Shown here one piece after another: positions 13,399 through 20,771 of a stretch of DNA of 32,000 nucleotides. Position numbers and translations under genes: made by a program. The notes beneath the pieces were generated by a model that searched no databases, was not told the DNA's origin, and saw only the letters and a program-made list of their open reading frames with translations. The DNA lies in the NCBI GenBank assembly GCA_043808785.1, contig JAZDEL010000004.1, positions 120,001 to 152,000 of the forward strand, in the 5' to 3' direction. The first letter of the stretch is position 1. Each line of letters begins with the position of its first letter. The DNA is from Candidatus Iainarchaeum sp. (GTDB lineage: Archaea > Iainarchaeota > Iainarchaeia > Iainarchaeales > JAZDEL01).

Positions 13399-14133
13399 AT
13401 GAAGAAAGCAATAACCCTCTGCGCGCTTATTTGCCTGTGCGCCTTTGCAAGCGCGGCAATGGGCAGCACAAACTATGCAATGGAACTGGAAACAGTTGCG
13501 GGCGGCGGCACGGGCAGCGTATCGGAAAACTACGCAATGGATTTTACGGTTGGGTTTGGTGCAGGCATGAGCAGCACAACTTACAACCTTTGCTGGGGCC
13601 TGTACTGCGATGTGGTGCCCGCGGCTTATGGTGCGGGCACGTTTTCAGTGCAGGCGCCCGGCAGCGGCACACAGGATTATTCGATTGCGGTCGGCAACAG
13701 CGACCCCACAGTTCCGACAGGGAGCATAAAAATAACTTCGACCTGCCCCTCTGCCAACCTGACAACAGTGGGCGGCATTGCAAGCATACCCGCTGGCGGC
13801 ACTGGCGGCATTACTGTCCATGTGCAGGGCACAAACACGGGCGGCATGATTAACTGCGCCTTGAATTTAACAGGCGCGGATTATAACACAACCGTGCCAA
13901 TTTCGCTTTCGGATAACGTCACGAGCAACAGCGGAGCCGTACAGGGCAGCGGCAACGGTGCACCATCGGGCAATGTAGATAACGCGCAGGGTGAGGGCAG
14001 CGGTGCACCGCTGCCGCAGGATAACGGCACGGGTGCGGCGCTTGCGCTTGCGGGCGGCGACACTGACACGCTCCTGCTGCTGGGGCTTTTGATTGTAGCG
14101 CTTGGGGCTGCTTGGCTTTTCTTGGGGCGGTGA
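13399..14133 (+). CDS. Secreted protein with signal peptide and C-terminal TM anchor
   Basis: GAGGTG RBS at 13388-13393. MKKAITLCALICLCAFASA signal. Internal duplicated S-x-NYAM[ED] motif. Sequons NLT, NTT, NVT, NGT. C-terminal LLLLGLLIVALGAAWLFLGR. Confidence 0.7.
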   Translation: MKKAITLCALICLCAFASAAMGSTNYAMELETVAGGGTGSVSENYAMDFTVGFGAGMSSTTYNLCWGLYCDVVPAAYGAGTFSVQAPGSGTQDYSIAVGNSDPTVPTGSIKITSTCPSANLTTVGGIASIPAGGTGGITVHVQGTNTGGMINCALNLTGADYNTTVPISLSDNVTSNSGAVQGSGNGAPSGNVDNAQGEGSGAPLPQDNGTGAALALAGGDTDTLLLLGLLIVALGAAWLFLGR

Positions 14134-14135
14134 AC

Positions 14136-14393
14136 ATGGCGGGCATGGGCACAGGAGAGTATGAAACACTTTCAACGCAAACCATTTTGCTGGAGCCGAC
14201 CTCGTACTCGTATGAGGTTTCCATTAAGCGCCGCATAGGGCAGCGCAAGGCATTCCTCGAAATTGCCCGCCTTGTCAGCGCCGCCAACACCAGAAGAAAG
14301 AATAAGTATGTGCAGATACCCCAACTCTGCTGGAAGGAAGTATTACATACAGCGGCACACCTATGCCGCGAGCATGAGGAACGCAAACAATAA
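14136..14393 (+). CDS. Hypothetical protein (last gene of the + strand operon)
   Basis: ATG 3 nt after the preceding stop; 85 aa. No motif recognised. The coding call rests on position only. Confidence 0.35.
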   Translation: MAGMGTGEYETLSTQTILLEPTSYSYEVSIKRRIGQRKAFLEIARLVSAANTRRKNKYVQIPQLCWKEVLHTAAHLCREHEERKQ

Positions 14394-14491
14394 TCAAACA
14401 TCGTTTGCATGTTTCATTCCTTGTGTTGTGCTCTAATTATTTTTTCTGTCGGTGGGTTTGGGGAAACTGTTTAATAGTTCTAGATTTACCG

Positions 14492-14516
14492 AAAAGCCCC
14501 CCCATGGCTTTTTTAT
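14492..14516 (+). terminator. Hairpin plus T-tract downstream of the operon
   Basis: aaaagcc (14492-14498) pairs with ggctttt (14506-14512) and runs into tttttt. Lies in an AT-rich stretch. Confidence 0.4.
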
Positions 14517-14653
14517 ACATAACATAAGGAGATTAATTATTGCCAAATTAATTATATGTGAACTGCCTGCTCGCTGAGGCGGGAAGGATTCTCCCGTGCC
14601 ATTCCCTGAGTGCCGTATTAATACCGAAGATATTTAATATTAGGGCAGCAAGC

Positions 14654-14797
14654 ATAAAGGGGCGCGGCGGGGATAGGAAAAGCGAGGAGTTCAAAGAGGA
14701 CACCGTGTCCTCTTTGATTGATGATGGTGTACTTACAAGAACAGCGGAAGCCGTTGGTGAAAGCAGCAAAACAATTCAGCGCGCCCGCGCCTATGGC
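14654..14797 (+). pseudogene. Fragment of an HTH protein (GGDRKS...TIQRA type), probably decayed
   Basis: IKGRGGDRKSEEFKEDTVSSLIDDGVLTRTAEAVGESSKTIQRARAYG resembles the N-terminal GGDR[KR]S + HTH region of plasmid/phage ParB-like or regulator proteins. It has no credible start and runs into the convergent AbrB-like gene. Confidence 0.3.
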
Positions 14798-14967
14798 GAA
14801 ACCTTGCCCACCACAACAGCGCCGCCCTTGACGACCCAGCGAATCTTTTGCTTCTCGTCATCCACATGCAAGCCGAGCATCTCGATTGCGAGCCTGCGCG
14901 GGATGGCGGTGCGGAAGAAATGCCTGCCGTGGATTTGCACGGTTGTCGTGCCTTCGAGTGCCCTCAT
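14791..14967 (-). CDS. AbrB/SpoVT-family DNA-binding protein (regulator or antitoxin)
   Basis: MRALEGTTTVQIHGRHFFRTAIPRRLAIEMLGLHVDDEKQKIRWVV fits the AbrB swapped-hairpin pattern. The TATA-like ttataaataaa (complement of 14985-14995) lies about 18-28 nt upstream of this ATG. Confidence 0.5.
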   Translation of the reverse strand: MRALEGTTTVQIHGRHFFRTAIPRRLAIEMLGLHVDDEKQKIRWVVKGGAVVVGKVSP

Positions 14968-15063
14968 ATTTAAGTATTGTGCACATTTATTTATAAGCAC
15001 AAGGCACAGGAAAATAATACATAAGCGCAGTGGTTGGGTATTTGACGCTTTGGCTGTGTATTA

Positions 15064-15074
15064 CCCGCGGGGTC
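15064..15074 (+). repeat. Candidate attR core
   Basis: cccgcggggtc is identical to the tRNA-Arg 3' segment at 3879-3889. The flanks do not match further. Confidence 0.4.
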
Positions 15075-15093
15075 ATTGCGCCATTTCGTAGGT

Positions 15094-15179
15094 GCGCGAA
15101 TTGGCATCAGCCAATTGCGCCCGTTTTGGCTGAGCCAAAACAGGGCGATCCGAAGTATGTGGGCTGCCTTTGGCAGCCC
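15094..15179. repeat. Cluster A of three short GC-clamped hairpins (TTGGC/GCCAA type)
   Basis: gcgc(g)aattggc-atca-gccaattgcgc (15094-15120), gttttggc-tga-gccaaaac (15123-15141) and gggctgcc-ttt-ggcagccc (15161-15179). Confidence 0.6.
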
Positions 15180-15212
15180 GGTAATACGTAAATATTTACG
15201 CCATCAATAGTT

Positions 15213-15566
15213 TCAGACTTCTATTTCTTTCCAGACAAGCTTAATGGCGTTAAAATATTTTTTTGTAAAATCGGCAACCATTTGCGCGGAGAACGGCTTG
15301 CAGGTGTAAGTGTCCACGGTGAACAGCGGCGGTTTTGTCGGGTAGCTGTAAAAGTGCGCGCCCGAAGATTTCCAGTGGATCCAGCCGCCAAAACCCATAT
15401 CGTGGGCTGTGTAAGCAACGGGCTGCTCCAAAACTTCCATGTCAGAAATTTTTGCAAGTTCGAGCAAATAAGCCTTAATCTGCCCAATGCCGACAATTTT
15501 TTCGGTAGTCCCTTCAATAATCATTCTCTGCCTAATTAGACCTGGAGCTAAATTTTCCCACTTCAT
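15213..15566 (-). CDS. S-adenosylmethionine decarboxylase-related (pyruvoyl-type, SpeH/SpeD-like) protein
   Basis: From MKWENLAPG. GFGGWIHWKSSGAHFYSYP...LFTVDTYTCKPF resembles the (E)SS self-cleavage region and the VD.F(Y)TC motif of the small AdoMetDC family. Confidence 0.5.
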   Translation of the reverse strand: MKWENLAPGLIRQRMIIEGTTEKIVGIGQIKAYLLELAKISDMEVLEQPVAYTAHDMGFGGWIHWKSSGAHFYSYPTKPPLFTVDTYTCKPFSAQMVADFTKKYFNAIKLVWKEIEV

Positions 15567-15659
15567 CAAAATCAAAAGCCGCCAAAAAGTTAAAAAAACT
15601 ACTTTACTTGCAAACACGCCCACAAAAGGAATAAATACAACTTAGCACATTTTAGTTTC

Positions 15660-16658
15660 ATGGCCGAAAAAGTAACCGAGAGCGCGAAGCCGAACACGAT
15701 GAATTACGCCATAATCGCGGGCTCTGTTTTCATAACCTTCGTGCTGTGGATGTTTTTCCTCAGCGCAACGGGCGGCATAATGGCGGATTTCCTCAACATA
15801 GACGTTTCGCCGCTGATTGCAAAAGTATTCTCGATGAATTTCACGCTTTTCGCGCTTATTTTCCCGCTCACTTATGCGCTCGTGATTTCGTTCTGCACGA
15901 AATTCAGCAAGGTCGAGGTAATGTCGGGTTCCGTTGTGGGGGCGCTGCTCGGCGCGATTGTTTCCGCACTGCTGTTTTCAGGCAGCATGCAGTACTGGCC
16001 TGTGCTTATATTCTACCTTGCCTCGCTCCTGCTTGTCGCGGAAACCACTTTCGCAAGGCTCGAGGAACTGAAGAAATGGGTTATGCTCAGGACACTTAAC
16101 CAGGGGTTCGGCCAGGCGTTTTCCATACTGTCCATAGGCATTATTGCCTTCGGCGTAATTACCCTGCTGCCGATGAACGAGCAGTATGTGAAAAATGTCG
16201 AGGCAAAGCTCTTCGAGGGCGTCTCAAAGAACGTGGCGGGCGGCGACCTCACGGAGAGGCTTGCCGAGAACGCCGCGAAGGCATACCTGCAGGGGCAGAA
16301 GGATACTATGAGGATGCTTACCGGGACAGAGGTTTACGCCAGCTCCACGGATGAAATGCTCAAGGGGCTTATTTCCGAGGGCGAGACGCAGGTTAATTCC
16401 GGGGAATACGGGGAGCAGGTCACGGAAAAATATAAGGAAGCCGGCAGGGCAATGGGCGCGCAGATACAGGGCGGAAACCTTGACATGACCGCAATGGTGA
16501 AGCAGCAGTTCCCGTTCATAGCAGTTATGGAAAAGTTCATGTGGGCGTTCAATTCGCTTATTCTTGCTTCGGCGTTCATGTTTGTTGCTTCGGTAATTTT
16601 CAGGCCTCTCGGGATAATTTACGGGCTGGTTATAACGAAAGTCGCGTTCGGGCGGTAG
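15660..16658 (+). CDS. Integral membrane protein of unknown function
   Basis: 332 aa. Several N-terminal hydrophobic helices, a charged central soluble segment of about 110 aa, and two C-terminal helices. Confidence 0.6.
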   Translation: MAEKVTESAKPNTMNYAIIAGSVFITFVLWMFFLSATGGIMADFLNIDVSPLIAKVFSMNFTLFALIFPLTYALVISFCTKFSKVEVMSGSVVGALLGAIVSALLFSGSMQYWPVLIFYLASLLLVAETTFARLEELKKWVMLRTLNQGFGQAFSILSIGIIAFGVITLLPMNEQYVKNVEAKLFEGVSKNVAGGDLTERLAENAAKAYLQGQKDTMRMLTGTEVYASSTDEMLKGLISEGETQVNSGEYGEQVTEKYKEAGRAMGAQIQGGNLDMTAMVKQQFPFIAVMEKFMWAFNSLILASAFMFVASVIFRPLGIIYGLVITKVAFGR

Positions 16659-16809
16659 TTTGCAATTCAGGGCAGGGGCGCGTTCCTGCCGGCGAACCGA
16701 AAAAGGCGGCGCGGGGCGCATGCGGGCAAACGCAACGAAAAAGGCGGCACTCCTGAAATGCGGGCATGCCGAAGGCTGAGGCGTTAAACCAAAAAACGTG
16801 CGCGCGGGT

Positions 16810-16932
16810 TCACTTCTTTTTCCTGTCCGCCGCCCACTTTCCCTTCCAGTCCGCTGCGGAGGCGCCCTTTGGCTTGCCTTTCTTCTTCTCCTCCGTGCCG
16901 AAGACCGAGTTAAGGAAATCTCCGAATCCCAT
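16810..16932 (-). CDS. Tiny Lys-rich protein (40 aa, below the ORF-track cutoff)
   Basis: My translation is MGFGDFLNSVFGTEEKKKGKPKGASAADWKGKWAADRKKK. GAGGTGA RBS lies 5 nt upstream of the ATG (complement of 16938-16944). Confidence 0.4.
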   Translation of the reverse strand: MGFGDFLNSVFGTEEKKKGKPKGASAADWKGKWAADRKKK

Positions 16933-16974
16933 TCTTTTCACCTCTTGGTTGTAAGAGAAATTTCAAATGCAGGT

Positions 16975-17109
16975 TTACTGCATGCCCTGCTGCTGCCTTT
17001 TCTGCATTTCTTTCTGGCGCTCTATTTCTCCCTGCTCCTTCATGTCCTGATGCACGGTTCTCCTTGAACCGATAATTTTCCTGAAAAGTTTACTCATTCC
17101 GAAAGGCAT
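16975..17109 (-). CDS. Tiny basic/Gln-rich protein (44 aa), possible paralog of the previous ORF
   Basis: MPFGMSKLFRKIIGSRRTVHQDMKEQGEIERQKEMQKRQQQGMQ shares the M-x-FG start and similar size with its neighbour. No strong RBS. Confidence 0.25.
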   Translation of the reverse strand: MPFGMSKLFRKIIGSRRTVHQDMKEQGEIERQKEMQKRQQQGMQ

Positions 17110-17285
17110 TCCAGAACCCCATAGAACTAACCGCCGCGTTGTATTTAATCCTTTTGTTGGCAGGGCGTTGAATGCCTGAACCATCAAAAAGCATAATTAG
17201 GGCGGGTTATTTATTTGTTCAACGCCCTGCGGGGTTTTTTGCGGGGTTTTGGCGCGGGTTTGCACGGGAGGGTTTGCCTGCCGCT

Positions 17286-17885
17286 TCAGGGAAGCGGCCC
17301 TCTGCGGCGCGAATGCCGTTTGTGGAGCACCTCCCAATTAGGGGCTGCTTTGCGATTAGGCGGACGGTACTTGCTGCCATAAACCCATGGGAGGTATGTT
17401 TTCGCGCTTGCCAGCCTGCCTTTGAACCGCTCTGAAATTACGGACAGCGCCGGCTCGCAAATGCCTTCGAAGCAATTCCGTGCCGCCCCGCCAAAAAAAG
17501 TGACGTCTATTTTTTCGCCTTTGCCCAATTTCGATGAAACCTTATCAAGCGCCTTCTTGAAATTGTTCTTATACGGATAAAATTCGTTTGCCGGGCCGCG
17601 GGATTTGCCAACATGGCTAATTCGCCCAGCAGGTAAACCTGGAATCTGCCATTTGCGCAGACCCACGAAATCTATGAGAAAGACATTCCGCATGCCCCCG
17701 GCGCGTTCCATGACTTCCGCAGGCAGTTTAGCAATTTCTGACGCAGGCAAATAATCCGGATGAATCGCGACAAGCAACTGCATGCAAGAATAATGCATGC
17801 CATAAATTAAACCTTTGCCCTGCGGCACGGCGGAAGCGCCAAAATGGCACGCAATCAAAACCCTTTTAAACCCTAAAGGGCGCAA
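17286..17885 (-). CDS. Hypothetical protein
   Basis: 199-aa ORF of non-repetitive composition. No family recognised. The start codon is uncertain. Confidence 0.45.
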   Translation of the reverse strand: MRPLGFKRVLIACHFGASAVPQGKGLIYGMHYSCMQLLVAIHPDYLPASEIAKLPAEVMERAGGMRNVFLIDFVGLRKWQIPGLPAGRISHVGKSRGPANEFYPYKNNFKKALDKVSSKLGKGEKIDVTFFGGAARNCFEGICEPALSVISERFKGRLASAKTYLPWVYGSKYRPPNRKAAPNWEVLHKRHSRRRGPLP

Positions 17886-18046
17886 TCTATCTATGGCTTC
17901 AAAAAGTGAGTGCCTTCATATGGATTGCGGCGGATGCGGCGACGACTGTTGCGGCGGGCCGCCCTACTGAATTAGCCAGCGGGAGCGTTGGCGCTGATTT
18001 TCCGTTTTCGTTTTTCGGCTATTTCATGCCTAAATATATCTCGGAT

Positions 18047-18119
18047 GGCGGCCGTGGTCTAGTGGTTTGGATACAGGACTGTGGATCCTGTGGTCCGGGT
18101 TCGATCCCCGGCGGCCGCC
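18047..18119 (+). tRNA. tRNA-His(GUG) with encoded G-1
   Basis: G-1 + GCGGCCG/CGGCCGC acceptor. Anticodon arm CAGGA-CTGTGGA-TCCTG. T-arm CCGGG-TTCGATC-CCCGG. Discriminator C pairs with G-1. Confidence 0.9.
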
Positions 18120-18246
18120 CTTCTTTTGACAGCGGTGATTCACTTCACCTGCGAAAGGGCTGATTCAGTTCACCGCGGGCCAACCGGCCCGGGGAGGCGG
18201 CTTCACCTCAGCGCGCGGCGGAATTAAAATCTACGAACTTTCGCGC

Positions 18247-19554
18247 ATGTCCCGCGCTGAAAAGGAGTTTATCCTTAACCGCGCGCGTGCGGACATAGAG
18301 GGCGCGAAGGCCGCGGTTAAGCCGATAGTTCAGGCCGTGCGCGGGCGCGGGGATTCGGCACTAATCGAATACACGAACAGGCTTGACGGCTTCAGCCTAA
18401 AGCCCCGCGAAATAAGGGTTTCGCGCGGGGAAATTGCGCGCGCGTTTGAAAGGGTTGACCGGCGCATAATCGATGCAATAAAAAGGCAGATAAAATACGC
18501 CAAACAGTTCCAGCAGGCCCAGCTTCGGCGCTCCGCGGAAAGGTGGGAAACAGGACTGGGAAAGGGCGTGCAAGCGGGGCAGATAACCGTGCCTGTCGAA
18601 AGCGCCGGCCTGTATGTGCCGGGCGGAAATGCCCCGTATCCCACGGTTATGCAGATTCTCGGCGTTGCCGCAAAGTGTGCGGGCGTGAAACGGATTGTTG
18701 CATGCACCCCGCCGCGCAAAGGCGCGGAAATGGATGTCCTGCTTGTTGCCGCGAAACTTGCGGGAGTGGACGAGATTTATAGGGTCGGCGGGGCGCAGGC
18801 GATTGCCGCGATGGCTTACGGCACCGAAAGCATAGCGCGCGTGGAGAAGATTGCGGGGCCGGGAAATGTCTACGTTACCGCGGCAAAGCAGCTTGTTTGG
18901 GGAGATGTTGCAGTAGATATGCCCGCGGGCCCTAGCGAGGCGATAATTCTTGCGGATGAAACCGCGAATGCGGAATTTGCAGCAGCGGATATCCTTGCAA
19001 GGGCGGAGCACGATGCCAATGCCGCGGGCGTGCTTGTTACGCCTTCGGAACGGCTGGCTCTTGAAACAGCAGGGCAGATTGAAATCCAGTTGCCTAAACT
19101 AAAAAACAGAAAAATTGCGGAGCAGGCACTTGGCAAATATTGCGCCATAATTATAACGCGCGATATGGGCGAGGCGGTGGAATTCACAAACAATTATGCC
19201 CCGGAACACCTGGAAATCATGTGCAGGAAGCCGCGCGCTGTGCTGAAGAAAATCAAAAACGCGGGTTCGGTGTTTCTTGGCGAGTATGCGCCTGTTGCCG
19301 TGGGGGACTACGCAAGCGGCGTGAACCACGTTCTGCCGACAGGAGGAAACGCACGCAGGTTTTCGGCCGTGGGAGCGGAAACATTCCAGAAAAAAATAGA
19401 GTTCGGGGAACTCACGCGCAGCGGCCTGCGCAGGCTTCTGCCGATTGTGGAAACCATTGCGGATATTGAGGGGTTCGAGGCACACAAGAGGAGCGTGCAG
19501 ATACGGCTTGAAAAAGGAGGCGATAGAGATGGCAAAACAGGGAGAAATGGCTGA
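18247..19554 (+). CDS. hisD: Histidinol dehydrogenase
   Basis: 435 aa. LYVPGGNAPYPTVMQ, GGAQAIAAMAYGTESI, GPGNVYVTAAK, RAEHD, APEHLEI, GDYASGVNHVLPTGG. Confidence 0.9.
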   Translation: MSRAEKEFILNRARADIEGAKAAVKPIVQAVRGRGDSALIEYTNRLDGFSLKPREIRVSRGEIARAFERVDRRIIDAIKRQIKYAKQFQQAQLRRSAERWETGLGKGVQAGQITVPVESAGLYVPGGNAPYPTVMQILGVAAKCAGVKRIVACTPPRKGAEMDVLLVAAKLAGVDEIYRVGGAQAIAAMAYGTESIARVEKIAGPGNVYVTAAKQLVWGDVAVDMPAGPSEAIILADETANAEFAAADILARAEHDANAAGVLVTPSERLALETAGQIEIQLPKLKNRKIAEQALGKYCAIIITRDMGEAVEFTNNYAPEHLEIMCRKPRAVLKKIKNAGSVFLGEYAPVAVGDYASGVNHVLPTGGNARRFSAVGAETFQKKIEFGELTRSGLRRLLPIVETIADIEGFEAHKRSVQIRLEKGGDRDGKTGRNG

Positions 19555-20146
19555 GGTGCGGAGGGGGACTGCGGAGTCGGAAGTGCGCGCAGCCCTGTAC
19601 AGCGGAGCGTGGGGAGGGACAAAAATAGAAACAGGGCTCGCGTTCCTAGACCACATGATAGAAACCATTACGTGGCGTGCAGGAGTGAACGCGGAACTGC
19701 AGATAAAAACAAAAAAGCAGAAACTCGCGCACATGGTTGCGGAGGATTCGGGAATTGCGCTAGGTATGGCATTTGCCGAGCTTGCCGCAGGGAAACGCGC
19801 CGCGGGAATCAACGGCTGCGGCTCCTCTGTTGCAGTTATAGACGAGGCGATGGCAACTGCCTGCGTCAGCATAGAGGGCAGGGCAAATTGCTTTGTGGAT
19901 AGGAACTGTACGGGAGCAAGAACTGAGTGTGTGGAGAGCATGCAAAGCGCGGACCTTGTTGCATTCCTTGAAGGGTTTGCTCAGGGGGCAAGATGCACAC
20001 TGCGCGTGGACATCGGGCGCGGCGATGACCCGCACCACGCCTGGGAAGCGGGGTTCCGCGCGCTCGGGGAGGCGCTGGGAAAGGCGCTTGAACCGAACTC
20101 GTTCCGCGCTGGAAGCATTGCGGGAATGAAAAGGACAATCGAGTGA
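19529..20146 (+). CDS. hisB: Imidazoleglycerol-phosphate dehydratase (divergent metal-ligand motifs)
   Basis: GGAGG at 19515-19519 precedes the ATG at 19529. IETGLAFLDHMIETI and GDDPHHAWEAGFRALGEAL motifs are present. The central motif reads KLAHMVAEDSGIALG instead of DxHHxxED. Confidence 0.8.
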   Translation: MAKQGEMAEVRRGTAESEVRAALYSGAWGGTKIETGLAFLDHMIETITWRAGVNAELQIKTKKQKLAHMVAEDSGIALGMAFAELAAGKRAAGINGCGSSVAVIDEAMATACVSIEGRANCFVDRNCTGARTECVESMQSADLVAFLEGFAQGARCTLRVDIGRGDDPHHAWEAGFRALGEALGKALEPNSFRAGSIAGMKRTIE

Positions 20147-20153
20147 GAGTGAA

Positions 20154-20771
20154 ATGAAAATGAAAACAATATCGATAGTCGATTACGGCGCGGGAAACCT
20201 GAAGAGCGTGCAGAACGCATTCGGGTTTCTCGGCATGCGGACGGAATTGATTAGCGGAGCAAGGGGAATAAGGAAAGCGGAAATGCTGGTATTTCCGGGT
20301 GTCGGGAATTTCGGGGAGGCAATGAAAAGGCTGCGTAGGAAAGGGATTGACAGTGCAATAAAGCAGTTCATCGCCTCGGGAAAGCCGTTTCTCGGAATAT
20401 GCCTCGGCATGCAGTTGCTTTTTGAGGAAAGCGAAGAAAGCGCGGGAGTGAAAGGGATGGGCGTGTTCAAAGGGAAGGTGAAGCGGTTCCCACGCGGCAT
20501 AGTTAAGGTGCCGCAGGTAGGCTGGAACCGCCTCTCGGCAAAAGGGAACAGCCGGCTGCTGAATGGCGCCGGCGGAGAGATGGTTTATTTCATAAACTCC
20601 TACTTTGCCGAGCCTGAGGACATCGGGGTTGTTTCGGCGGTGTCGGAATACGGAGGGGCATTCTGCAGCGCTGTTGAGGAGGGGGATGTTTTTGCGGTGC
20701 AGTTCCACCCTGAAAAGAGCGGGGAGGCAGGGCTGCAAATATTGAGAAATTTTGCGGAGATGAAACCATGA
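20154..20771 (+). CDS. hisH: Imidazole glycerol phosphate synthase, glutaminase subunit
   Basis: [21 protein letters not shown] (catalytic Cys), VQFHPEKSG (His/Glu). Confidence 0.9.
   Translation: MKMKTISIVDYGAGNLKSVQNAFGFLGMRTELISGARGIRKAEMLVFPGVGNFGEAMKRLRRKGIDSAIKQFIASGKPFLGICLGMQLLFEESEESAGVKGMGVFKGKVKRFPRGIVKVPQVGWNRLSAKGNSRLLNGAGGEMVYFINSYFAEPEDIGVVSAVSEYGGAFCSAVEEGDVFAVQFHPEKSGEAGLQILRNFAEMKP

Larger units (their letters stand above)
3879..15074 (+). mobile_element. Integrated element (provirus-like or plasmid-like) of about 11.2 kb inserted at the 3' end of tRNA-Arg
   Basis: tRNA, then integrase on the same strand. The 11-nt repeat cccgcggggtc sits at both ends (3879-3889 and 15064-15074). 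Carries a replication module, regulators and a nine-gene operon of mostly membrane/secreted proteins joined by overlapping stop/start codons. All but one gene are on the + strand. Confidence 0.6.

Noticed and set aside
14558-15091. 177-aa + strand ORF as a whole
   Set aside because: Only the central segment of about 48 aa looks protein-like (HTH fragment). The rest overlaps the better-supported AbrB-like gene on the other strand and crosses the att-like repeat.
17906-18163. 85-aa + strand ORF
   Set aside because: It is read straight through the tRNA-His gene.
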